From the NCBI GenBank assembly GCA_964349395.1, contig CAYGGA010000001.1, forward strand, positions 811 through 64,810: a stretch of DNA of 64,000 bases, read 5' to 3'. A program made the translations under genes and the position numbers. Below the pieces are notes generated by a model. It was not told where the DNA came from, made no database searches, and worked only from the letters and a program-made list of their open reading frames with translations. How positions within the stretch are numbered: the first letter of the stretch is position 1; the number at the start of each line of letters is the position of its first letter. This DNA comes from an uncultured Gammaproteobacteria bacterium (lineage in GTDB: Bacteria; Patescibacteriota; Microgenomatia; Woykebacterales; RBG-16-39-9b). This document shows, piece after piece, positions 10,137-18,869 of this stretch.

Positions 10137-11338
10137 TGGCAGTTTTTAATTCACTTGGGTCAAACTACACTTTCATCTTTGCCTTAAAAGCTCTTTTTGG
10201 ATTGGGTAAAAAAGAAGATCTAGAAATTCTAAAAAAACTATTGGGTGAAAAATATGGTGGTGAAGTAGTCTTAACTTATAAGGGTCGAGAGGGTTTAAAT
10301 TTAGCGTTGCAAACATGCAATCTTAAAGAAAGTAGCCAAGTTGGGATAAATGGGTTTACCTGCTACGTAGTAGAAAAGGCTGTTTCTGATTTAAGCTTAC
10401 AACTAGCCTATATTGATATTGACTCCAAGACCTTAAACTTCACGGCCGAAGGGTTGAGAAAGGAAGTAGACAGAAATCCCAATCTAAAGGTAGTGGTGAT
10501 CCAAAACACACTAGGGTACCCAAGTGAAGGGGAGGAGATTGCCAAGATTTGCCGTGAGAAAAACTTGGTTTTGATTGAGGATTTAGCTCATTGTGTTGGG
10601 ACTACCTATAAAAATGGCCACGAAGCTGGAACTTTAGGAGATCTAGTTATCCTTTCTTTTAGTCAGGACAAGATGGTGGACGGAGGTAGTGGTGGGGCAG
10701 TAGTTATCCGTAACCAAAACTTTAGTTTCCCTCAGAATCTCGACTGGAAAGAAGTAGGGTATTACCAGCAATTACTAGACAGACTTTATCCAATTCTTAC
10801 CTTTATTATCAGAAAAACTTATCCCTGGAAAATTGGCGAGGTTTTGCACTGGTTACTTAAAAAATCAGCAATTTTGACTTCCCCCATTAACCCAAAATCA
10901 CCGATCGTATTACACAGTCTCCCTTCTTGGTGCGCTTCTTTAGTGATTGAGGCATCGAAAAATTTGCCCGCAAATGCAAAACATAGGCAAAAAATCGCTC
11001 AAATTTACAGCCAGACTTTGGATAAAGAGTTGGTTTTTGAAGATCTTACCCCACTTGTGGAAAACAGCACTAATCTACGTTTTCCAATCAATGTCAAAAA
11101 CCGTCTTGACCTCATTCTCTTTTTAAAAAATGCAGGAATATATGTGTCTGATATCTGGTATGATAGCCCGATTGGGCCAAAGAAATACCAAGATTTCAGT
11201 ATTTATCCTGTAGGCACTTGTCCCCAAGCGGAGAGTGTTTCACAGACAATCCTAAACTTGCCTACGCATCAAGATATAACCGAAAATGAGGCAAGAAAAA
11301 TTAGTGGGTTAGTAAACCAATGGTTAAAACAGAACTAA
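10136..11338 (+). CDS. DegT/DnrJ/EryC1/StrS-family PLP-dependent aminotransferase
   Basis: Aminotransferase class V-like fold; SFSQDK motif (PLP lysine) after DLAHCVG. GTG start overlapping the upstream stop. Confidence 0.6.
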   Translation: MAVFNSLGSNYTFIFALKALFGLGKKEDLEILKKLLGEKYGGEVVLTYKGREGLNLALQTCNLKESSQVGINGFTCYVVEKAVSDLSLQLAYIDIDSKTLNFTAEGLRKEVDRNPNLKVVVIQNTLGYPSEGEEIAKICREKNLVLIEDLAHCVGTTYKNGHEAGTLGDLVILSFSQDKMVDGGSGGAVVIRNQNFSFPQNLDWKEVGYYQQLLDRLYPILTFIIRKTYPWKIGEVLHWLLKKSAILTSPINPKSPIVLHSLPSWCASLVIEASKNLPANAKHRQKIAQIYSQTLDKELVFEDLTPLVENSTNLRFPINVKNRLDLILFLKNAGIYVSDIWYDSPIGPKKYQDFSIYPVGTCPQAESVSQTILNLPTHQDITENEARKISGLVNQWLKQN

Positions 11339-12345
11339 AACCAGTAACTAGGAAAAAAGAGTGGGAAGATTTTCTCAAGACCCGCAGCGAAGCGAACTTT
11401 TTGCATTCCTGGAATTGGGGAGAATTTCATCTTCTTTTGGGCCACTCTGTTTATCGAGTAGGTTTTTACCAAGACGAAAAATTAGTTGGTGTCTTGCTGG
11501 CTACAATGGAGACTGCACGCCGCGGTCGGTATCTAACTGTGCCAGGTGGGCCGATTATTGATTTTAAAGACAGAGGTCAAGTCAATTTATTTGCGAGCGA
11601 AATTAAAAGGCTGGCTAAAGCGGAAGGGTGTAGTTTTGTCAGGGTCAGATCCCAACTAATACAATCGGAAGACACACAAAAACTTTTTGCAAATTTAGGT
11701 TTCAGAAAAGCACCGATGCATCTACATGCCGAGCTCACCAACCAACTTGATATCACCAAGAGCGAGGAAGAACTTTTAATGGGGATGCGTAAAACTACTC
11801 GTTATGAAATAAAAAAAGCTCTGAATGAGAATATTAAAATCACCACTAGTTCAAGTAGTGATGAGATAAAGAATTTTTACACCTTGCAGCTAGATACAGC
11901 GCGGAGGCAAAAATTTGTACCCTTCTCCTTTAATTATTTGAAGGAACAATTTGAAGTTTTCTCTCAAGATAATCAGGTACTATTATATAAGGCAGAAAAA
12001 GACGGTATTCTTTTGGCCAATGCTTTTATTATCTTTTACGGACAGGAAGCAGTTTATCATTATGGAGCTTCTACCCCTGAAGGAAGGAATTTCCCCGGTG
12101 CTCATCTAATTCAATGGGAGGCTATCAGGGAAGCTAAGAGACGAGGACTGAAAAGATACAATTTCTGGGGAGTAGCTCCAGAAGACGTGCAAAACCATCG
12201 GTTCGCAGGTCTGTCTATTTTCAAAAAGGGGTTTGGAGGAGAGGACTTTCAGTATTTACCAGCCCAGGATTTAGTAATCAACTCGCCTTTGTATTTAGTT
12301 AATTTTGTGATTGAGACACTGAGGCGGCATCTTCGCCACGTCTAG
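11320..12345 (+). CDS. FemAB-family peptidoglycan aminoacyl (peptide-bridge) transferase
   Basis: FLHSWNWGEF motif and GNAT-like duplicated fold typical of the FemX/FemAB (lipid II aminoacyltransferase) family. Confidence 0.75.
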   Translation: MVKTELKPVTRKKEWEDFLKTRSEANFLHSWNWGEFHLLLGHSVYRVGFYQDEKLVGVLLATMETARRGRYLTVPGGPIIDFKDRGQVNLFASEIKRLAKAEGCSFVRVRSQLIQSEDTQKLFANLGFRKAPMHLHAELTNQLDITKSEEELLMGMRKTTRYEIKKALNENIKITTSSSSDEIKNFYTLQLDTARRQKFVPFSFNYLKEQFEVFSQDNQVLLYKAEKDGILLANAFIIFYGQEAVYHYGASTPEGRNFPGAHLIQWEAIREAKRRGLKRYNFWGVAPEDVQNHRFAGLSIFKKGFGGEDFQYLPAQDLVINSPLYLVNFVIETLRRHLRHV

Positions 12346-12405
12346 GGCTAGGCTCTGCGAACCGCTCCTTTGCGACTAGGAGGGTCTAGTTGTATACTTA
12401 TTATT

Positions 12406-13419
12406 ATGAGTAAGCTCCTTGGCATCCTGCTTTTGTCTTTTCTGACGACTAGTATTTTGGCGGTGCCCTTCATTAACCTTCTTTATAAGTTGAAATTCCA
12501 AAGGCAAAAAGAACTGGGCCAAAAAAATATCTTTGGGGAAGTTACTAGTATTGTGAATAAACTGCATTCCTGGAAAGTTGGGACCCCAAATGCCGGTGGT
12601 ATTCTGATAATCTTAGTCTCCATTGCCTTTAGTGCTATTTTTTATGCCCTAACAAAGTTTGAGATAAATTGGACGGCAAAAATTTTGTACTTTACTATGT
12701 TTAGTTTTGGTCTTTTGGGTCTTTATGATGACGCTAGAAAATTCTTTGGACTTAAAGTTACAGGAGTCTGGGGATTGCGGATTCGCTACAAGTTTAGTCT
12801 GCAATGGCTTTTGGCATTAGTGATTGGGCTAGCCCTAAATATCCAAATGGGTTTACATACCGTAGCTCTGCCCCTGGGTGGAGAAATTGATTTAGGCGCT
12901 TTTTATCCTTTGTTTGCTGCCTTGGTGATTGTCGCGACCGTGAATGCGGTAAACCTAACTGACGGACTAGATGGTTTGGCCAATGGTCTACTTTTGATTG
13001 CCTTATCTGCTTTTTGGTGGTTGTCTTCTCTCGCCGATATGGGTGATATTCAAGTTTTTATCGCTGTTATTCTAGGATCGCTTTTAGCTTTTCATTACTT
13101 TAATATCTATCCGGCTCGCGTTTGGATGGGTGATACCGGAGCCTTGGCTTTAGGGGGCATGCTTGCCGTTATCAGCTTGATGTTAAATTTAGTTTATGTC
13201 TTACCTTTTATTGGGGCGGTTTTTATGATCGAAACTATCTCCACGCTGATTCAATGGACCTCAAAAGCAACCAGAGGGGAAAAAGTTTTCCTAGCTACAC
13301 CCATACACCATCATTTTGAGGCTAAGGGATGGGATGAAACCAAAGTAACCATGAGGTTTTGGTTAGCCGGAGCGGTGTCTGCTTTTGTGGGTCTTTTCAT
13401 CGCTTTGCTTGGGAAATAG
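12406..13419 (+). CDS. mraY: Phospho-N-acetylmuramoyl-pentapeptide transferase (MraY)
   Basis: NLTDGLDGLA and D-D motifs; multi-TM. ATG at 12406 gives an N-terminus aligning with Bacillus-type MraY; the ORF track starts earlier at a TTG (12370). Confidence 0.85.
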   Translation: MSKLLGILLLSFLTTSILAVPFINLLYKLKFQRQKELGQKNIFGEVTSIVNKLHSWKVGTPNAGGILIILVSIAFSAIFYALTKFEINWTAKILYFTMFSFGLLGLYDDARKFFGLKVTGVWGLRIRYKFSLQWLLALVIGLALNIQMGLHTVALPLGGEIDLGAFYPLFAALVIVATVNAVNLTDGLDGLANGLLLIALSAFWWLSSLADMGDIQVFIAVILGSLLAFHYFNIYPARVWMGDTGALALGGMLAVISLMLNLVYVLPFIGAVFMIETISTLIQWTSKATRGEKVFLATPIHHHFEAKGWDETKVTMRFWLAGAVSAFVGLFIALLGK

Positions 13420-14788
13420 CTTCAACTCAGGTATAATAGTGGCTATGAAGCAACCAGTCAGATTCTGTTTTGAGGGTTATAAACTTCAAACTTCAACCAA
13501 TCAAATTAGTTTTCACTACTCAGTCTATTTTTCTGATAACACGCAGACTCTTTTTACTGAGAAATTAACTTTCCCAGAAAATGCTAGTTGGGACAAAATT
13601 CCAAATAATATACTAAAGTCCTCCTTAGAAAGCTTGCATTTGATTTTGGGGATTAGTTATTGGAAAGCTTATTGTCCTAAAGAATTAATACTAAAAAATT
13701 TAGTTTTAAATAAAAAACAAGCTGAGTTTTGGAATACTGTATATACCAAAGGGCTAGGGGAATTTTTCTACCGCAACAGTATTGATTTTCGTGGGTTAGT
13801 TCAGTTTCCACATGCACAGGTTGAAAACAAAGCTGGTTCCTTTTCTCGTCAAAACCGTAGTTTATTACCATTTGGAGGTGGTAAAGATTCAATTGTCGCT
13901 TTAGAGCTACTTAAAAAAGCTGGCAAAGACTTTACTCTCTTTACACTTGGGACCTCACCAGTCCAAGAGGAAGTAAGCCAAAAGATTGGTCAAAAACCAC
14001 TGGTAGTGCAACGAGAACTAGACTCACAACTTTTTGACCTAAATTCGAAGGGTGAGGTCTACAATGGCCATGTCCCTATATCAGCTGTGTATCATTTAGT
14101 AGGATCAGTAGTTGCTTTACTTTTTGACTATAAATACATTGTCTTCCCCAATGAGCTTAGCGCTAGTTATGGAAATGTAAACTATTTAGGAGTTGAGATT
14201 AATCACCAATGGAGTAAATCTTTTGAATTTGAAAAGCTGGTTCAAGATTATATTCACCAGTTTATCACACCTGATATCATGCCTTTTTCTCTGCTGCGAC
14301 CACTTCATGAGATAAAAATTGTGGAACTTTTTAGCCATATGAGTGAGTATTTTTCAACCTTTTCAAGTTGTAACCGTAATTTTACTCAGACCAAAGGTAT
14401 AAGTCAGAAAAGATGGTGCGGGGAGTGTCCGAAGTGTGCTTTTGTTTTTCTGCTTTTGGCTGCCTTTCTACCTAAAGAAAAAGTGCTGAGCATTTTCTCC
14501 AAAAATCTTCTCAGTGATCCAAAATTAACACTGGCTTACAAAGAACTTTTAGGACTAAAAGACGTTAAACCCTGGGATTGTGTGGGCACTCCAGAAGAAG
14601 TGCAGTTAGCTTTTTACCTCGCTCATCAAAAGGGAGAGTTTGAGAAAGACACGGTGATGAAGATGTTTGTTGATGAGGTTTTACCTACTCTTGAAAACCC
14701 AGAAAAGCTGAAAGAAAAACTGTTAATTGTCACTCACGAGGGGTCTGTCCCAGAAGAGTTTAAGATTGTTATTGAGGAGCTAAAATGA
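13385..14788 (+). CDS. PP-loop (adenine-nucleotide alpha-hydrolase) superfamily ATPase of unknown function with a C-terminal CxxCxxC
   Basis: PFGGGKDSIVALE matches the SGGxDS PP-loop; C-terminal CGECPKCAF. Alternative ATG start at 13445. Inserted between mraY and murD, with an ATGA overlap to murD. Confidence 0.4.
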   Translation: MWVFSSLCLGNSFNSGIIVAMKQPVRFCFEGYKLQTSTNQISFHYSVYFSDNTQTLFTEKLTFPENASWDKIPNNILKSSLESLHLILGISYWKAYCPKELILKNLVLNKKQAEFWNTVYTKGLGEFFYRNSIDFRGLVQFPHAQVENKAGSFSRQNRSLLPFGGGKDSIVALELLKKAGKDFTLFTLGTSPVQEEVSQKIGQKPLVVQRELDSQLFDLNSKGEVYNGHVPISAVYHLVGSVVALLFDYKYIVFPNELSASYGNVNYLGVEINHQWSKSFEFEKLVQDYIHQFITPDIMPFSLLRPLHEIKIVELFSHMSEYFSTFSSCNRNFTQTKGISQKRWCGECPKCAFVFLLLAAFLPKEKVLSIFSKNLLSDPKLTLAYKELLGLKDVKPWDCVGTPEEVQLAFYLAHQKGEFEKDTVMKMFVDEVLPTLENPEKLKEKLLIVTHEGSVPEEFKIVIEELK

Positions 14789-15993
14789 CTCTTGAAAAAC
14801 TAAAGGGTAAAAAAATCTTGGTAGTCGGTTTGGGAAGTGAGGGCAAGGCAACTTTTGACTATCTAAAAACAAATTTACCCAATACAGTGGTCGAAACTAC
14901 CGATCAAAAAGATGGGCCAAACTATTTGGACAAACAAAAGGAATTTGACTTGGCGGTTCGTTCTCCGGGGGTCAAGAGGGAGCTACTTACGATTCCATCC
15001 ACCACCGCTACTAATATCTTTTTTGCCAATGTAACCTCTCCTATTATTGGAGTTACGGGGTCCAAAGGAAAAAGCACGACCGCCTCTTTAATTGATCATC
15101 TCCTAAAAACGAGCGGTAAAAAATCTATTCTAGCAGGCAATATTGGCCTCCCGATGTTGGAAGTCGTCGAAAGTGAAACGGACTTTTTTGTCGTGGAGTT
15201 ATCTAGTTTTCAGCTGGAAGATATCAATTACTCACCACACCTCAGTGTTTTCACTAGTATTTTTCCTGAGCATATGGATCATCATGGTAGTTTTGAAACT
15301 TACTTTGACGCGAAGAAAAGAATAGTAAAGTTTAGCACCAGTGAAGATTATTTCGTCTTCAACTCCCGTTATAGGGAATTGGTTAGTTTAAGTAGAGAAA
15401 CCAAAGCACAAGCAGTCCCTTTTGAAGAAACCTTGCCTCCTGGGGTTGAGAAAATACCCCTTATTGGTCAGCATAATTTAGAAAATCTGCTCGGTGCCAT
15501 CACTGTCTCCCATTTACTAAAAATCGAAGATAAGTTTATCAAGAGTGGGATTGAGACTTTTAAACCTTTACCCCACCGATTAGAAAAAGTTGGCACTTTT
15601 CGGGGAATCACATTTTACGATGATGCTATTTCCACCACTCCTCAGTCCGCAATTGCTGCCTTGGATTCTTTGGCGGATGTCAGTACGATTTTGCTAGGCG
15701 GGGAGGATCGCGGTTATGATTTTAGGGCGTTGATAAGCAAATTAGTGGAAAAGAAAGTTGCTAATATTGTGCTTTTCCCCAATAGTGGCAGCAAAATCAA
15801 AAGTTTACTACCCAAAAGCCAGTTTAAAATTTTGGAAACAAGCAGTATGGAGGAGGCAGTGAGATTTGGGTATACCAATTCTCATGTAGGGTCAGTTTGT
15901 CTTCTGTCTACAGCTTCTCCAAGCTACAGTCTGTGGAAGAATTTTGAAGAAAAAGGGGACTTATTTCAAGATAGTATAAAAAAGTTTGCCTAA
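14785..15993 (+). CDS. murD: UDP-N-acetylmuramoylalanine--glutamate ligase (MurD-type)
   Basis: N-terminal Rossmann KKILVVGLGSEGKA; P-loop GVTGSKGKSTT. Short (402 aa). MurD versus MurD2 cannot be distinguished by eye. Confidence 0.8.
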   Translation: MTLEKLKGKKILVVGLGSEGKATFDYLKTNLPNTVVETTDQKDGPNYLDKQKEFDLAVRSPGVKRELLTIPSTTATNIFFANVTSPIIGVTGSKGKSTTASLIDHLLKTSGKKSILAGNIGLPMLEVVESETDFFVVELSSFQLEDINYSPHLSVFTSIFPEHMDHHGSFETYFDAKKRIVKFSTSEDYFVFNSRYRELVSLSRETKAQAVPFEETLPPGVEKIPLIGQHNLENLLGAITVSHLLKIEDKFIKSGIETFKPLPHRLEKVGTFRGITFYDDAISTTPQSAIAALDSLADVSTILLGGEDRGYDFRALISKLVEKKVANIVLFPNSGSKIKSLLPKSQFKILETSSMEEAVRFGYTNSHVGSVCLLSTASPSYSLWKNFEEKGDLFQDSIKKFA

Positions 15994-16007
15994 AATCCCT
16001 ACCTGCC

Positions 16008-17129
16008 ATGAAAACAAAACATCGAAAAATTCCTAATTTCTCTTTTACTTCTTTTAGGTCCATGGACTTGGGTTTAGTTTTAGTCACCCTGGGACTAACT
16101 ATCTTTGGATTGGTGATGGTTTACAACGCCAGTGCTTTTTCTGCTTTTAAAGATTTTAACGATAAATATTACTTTTTAAAGCACCAAGGAGTTGGGGCCT
16201 TAGTAGGATTATTTGCTCTGCTAGTTACCTCTCGTGTTAATTATCACTTTTGGGAAAAACTGGCTTTTCCTGCGATGCTGATCTCCCTGGTTCTACTGGT
16301 GAGTGTTTTTAGTCCTTTAGGTGTAAAGGTTTATGGTGCGCAGCGGTGGGTGGACTTTGGTTTTTTCACTTTGCAGCCAGCCGAGATAGCCAAGCTAAGT
16401 TATATTTTGTATCTATCTGCTTGGCTCTCCAAAAAAGTTAAGGCGCTTCCTTTCCTAGCGATCACGGGAGTAATTTTGGGTATTGTCCTGCTGCAGAGAG
16501 ATTTGGGAACGGCGACTATCATCGGTCTGACGGGAATGAGTATTTTTTTCATTGCCGGGGCACCTTGGTGGCAATTTTTAGGACTTGGTTTTTTAGGAGC
16601 TGTGGCGGGGTCAATTTTGATCTTAACTTCCAACTATCGCAAAGCCAGGCTGTTGAGTTTTCTAAATAGTTCTAATGATCAACTGGGGACGAGCTACCAT
16701 ATCAATCAAGTCTTAATTGCTTTGGGGAGTGGTGGGCTTTTTGGGGTGGGGTTGGGGCAATCTCGGCAAAAATATGGTTATATACCTGAGGTTACCACTG
16801 ATTCTATTTTTGCAGTGGTAGCCAATGAGCTGGGTTTTATTGGTGCTAGTGGTTTAATTTTGGCTTTGGCATACCTAATCTGGCGGGGGATACAGACAGC
16901 CAAGGGAGCAGGCGACCAGTTTGGTTTCTTGCTAGCAGTGGGGATTACTAGCTGGCTTGGTTTTCAGGCCATTATCAATATTGGTTCCATGGTGGCTCTT
17001 TTCCCTCTCACTGGAGTGCCTTTGCCCTTGATTTCCTACGGGGGAAGCTCGTTGGTGATGGTGATGACTGGGATTGGGATCTTGCTGAACATCTCTAGCT
17101 GGCAAGTGGTAAACAAAACCGGCCGATAA
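16008..17129 (+). CDS. ftsW: SEDS-family peptidoglycan glycosyltransferase FtsW
   Basis: Roughly 10-TM FtsW/RodA-family pattern with conserved C-terminal PLPLISYGGSS. Position between murD and murG. Confidence 0.75.
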   Translation: MKTKHRKIPNFSFTSFRSMDLGLVLVTLGLTIFGLVMVYNASAFSAFKDFNDKYYFLKHQGVGALVGLFALLVTSRVNYHFWEKLAFPAMLISLVLLVSVFSPLGVKVYGAQRWVDFGFFTLQPAEIAKLSYILYLSAWLSKKVKALPFLAITGVILGIVLLQRDLGTATIIGLTGMSIFFIAGAPWWQFLGLGFLGAVAGSILILTSNYRKARLLSFLNSSNDQLGTSYHINQVLIALGSGGLFGVGLGQSRQKYGYIPEVTTDSIFAVVANELGFIGASGLILALAYLIWRGIQTAKGAGDQFGFLLAVGITSWLGFQAIINIGSMVALFPLTGVPLPLISYGGSSLVMVMTGIGILLNISSWQVVNKTGR

Positions 17130-17148
17130 TCATGATATACTACGGAGT

Positions 17149-18258
17149 ATGCGTGTTGTAATTACGGGTGGGCATTTAACCCCAGCGCTGGCAGTTATTG
17201 ACGAAATAGTCAAAGATCACCAAGTTATTTTTATTGGTCGCAGAACTGCTAGTGAGGGAGACAAATCCAAAAGTGCAGAAGCAATTGTTATTCCCCAGCT
17301 AAAAATTCCCTTTTTCTCCATTGAGGCGGGGAGATTGCAAAGAAAATTAACTCCTTACACTCTCTTTGCGCTACTAAAAATTCCCCTTGGTTTTTTCCAG
17401 GCTTTTTTGATTCTGATTAAAAATGATCCCGATGTCGTAATCTCTTTTGGTGGTTATGTGGCTTTACCAGTAGTGTTAGCTGCTTGGCTGCAGCGTATTC
17501 CTGTTATCACTCATGAGCAGACAACGGAAACTGGACTGGCAAATAAAATCATTGCCCGTTTTGCTCAAAAAGTCGCGGTTGCTTGGGAGACTTCCGCCGC
17601 TAATTTCCCTAAGAAAAAAGTAATCATCACTGGTAATCCTATCCGGGCGCAAGTTTTAAATATTAAGAGAGAAAAAGTAAGTAAGCCAGTTATATATATA
17701 ACTGGCGGCAACCAAGGGGCCCATGTTATCAATAACGCCGCCGAAGAGATAGTGGAAAATCTCGCTTCCCTAGGCGAAGTTTATCATCAAACTGGAGGAT
17801 CAGAAGTCTATCATGATTTTGAAAGACTTAGTGAGAAGCTTGCTACCTTACCAAAAGCAACTGCCGAAAATTATCATTTAGCCAAGTGGTATTCGACCGA
17901 GGAGTTGGCGGAGATTCTAGCGAAAGCAACTTTAGTGATTGGTCGAAGTGGCGCCAATACTATTACTGAACTAGCATATCTAGGGATTCCTGCTCTATTG
18001 ATTCCGATTCCTTGGGTCACCCATGATGAACAAACCAAAAACGCGCAGATTTTGTCTTCTCGGGGAGCGGGGCTTATCTTAGCTCAAAAAGAGTTAACTG
18101 GCAAAAGATTACTAAGTACCGTGGAAATTATGTTAAAAGATATAACTGCGTTTCAAAAAGGAGCCCAAGAAGTTAAAAAACTTATCAAAACTGATAGCGC
18201 TTCTAAACTCGCCCAAGAAGCTCTAAAACTTGCCCACCATGGAGAAAAAACTCTTTAG
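17149..18258 (+). CDS. murG: Undecaprenyldiphospho-muramoylpentapeptide beta-N-acetylglucosaminyltransferase (MurG)
   Basis: GT28 N-terminus ITGGHLTPALAV and C-terminal GRSGANTITE motif. Confidence 0.85.
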   Translation: MRVVITGGHLTPALAVIDEIVKDHQVIFIGRRTASEGDKSKSAEAIVIPQLKIPFFSIEAGRLQRKLTPYTLFALLKIPLGFFQAFLILIKNDPDVVISFGGYVALPVVLAAWLQRIPVITHEQTTETGLANKIIARFAQKVAVAWETSAANFPKKKVIITGNPIRAQVLNIKREKVSKPVIYITGGNQGAHVINNAAEEIVENLASLGEVYHQTGGSEVYHDFERLSEKLATLPKATAENYHLAKWYSTEELAEILAKATLVIGRSGANTITELAYLGIPALLIPIPWVTHDEQTKNAQILSSRGAGLILAQKELTGKRLLSTVEIMLKDITAFQKGAQEVKKLIKTDSASKLAQEALKLAHHGEKTL

Positions 18259-18706
18259 TCTACAACGAAAAAACCGCACCAAGGATCTGCTCTTCAATCT
18301 AGTAGTCGCAGTTCTTCTGCTTTTTGTTTTGATTAGTACGATCTCTCCCTTGCTTGGTAGCATCGGGGTAAAGATTCTACATGGTCTGGAAAATGTCAAA
18401 AATAATCTAAGCCCCCAAAAGATGGTAGCCGTAAATCCTCTGGCTCCTTCTTTTAAAGATCAAGTTAAAGAAAAAGTTGATCCCGCAATTTTTGAAATTA
18501 AAGATTTTAAAGAGATTGATGCATATTCTCTGGAAGCCACTTCATTTCAGGGGGTAGTAGCGGTTTTTGGAACCCATCAGAGTTTAGATGATCAAGTTTC
18601 CTCTTTACAAACTCTCCTTGCAAAAAGTAGAATAGAAGCTAAACAGGTTAAAAAAATAGATTTAAGATTTAACAAAACTATAGTTGAGTACGGAGATCAA
18701 AAGTAG
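18230..18706 (+). CDS. Small membrane protein in the ftsQ position (possible minimal FtsQ/DivIB-like)
   Basis: 158 aa; one TM (LLFNLVVAVLLLFVLISTI) plus a periplasmic segment. Located between murG and ftsA. Confidence 0.3.
   Translation: MPTMEKKLFSLQRKNRTKDLLFNLVVAVLLLFVLISTISPLLGSIGVKILHGLENVKNNLSPQKMVAVNPLAPSFKDQVKEKVDPAIFEIKDFKEIDAYSLEATSFQGVVAVFGTHQSLDDQVSSLQTLLAKSRIEAKQVKKIDLRFNKTIVEYGDQK
18634..18678 (+). repeat. 45-bp direct repeat (first copy, within the 3' end of the ftsQ-like ORF); second copy at 18735-18779
   Basis: agaagctaaacaggttaaaaaaatagatttaagatttaacaaaac occurs twice, 101 bp apart, with weaker similarity extending about 15 bp further. Confidence 0.75.
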
Positions 18707-18869
18707 GAATTTGATTCGCTTCTGCGCTTTGCTAAGAAGCTAAACAGGTTAAAAAAATAGATTTAAGATTTAACAAAACCGTAGTGGAATAGGAAGCTAA
18801 ATAATAAGTAAGATGAGGCCTGCCTAGTTAAGAAAGAACTAATTCTTTCGAAACAGCAGTGAACTTTTT

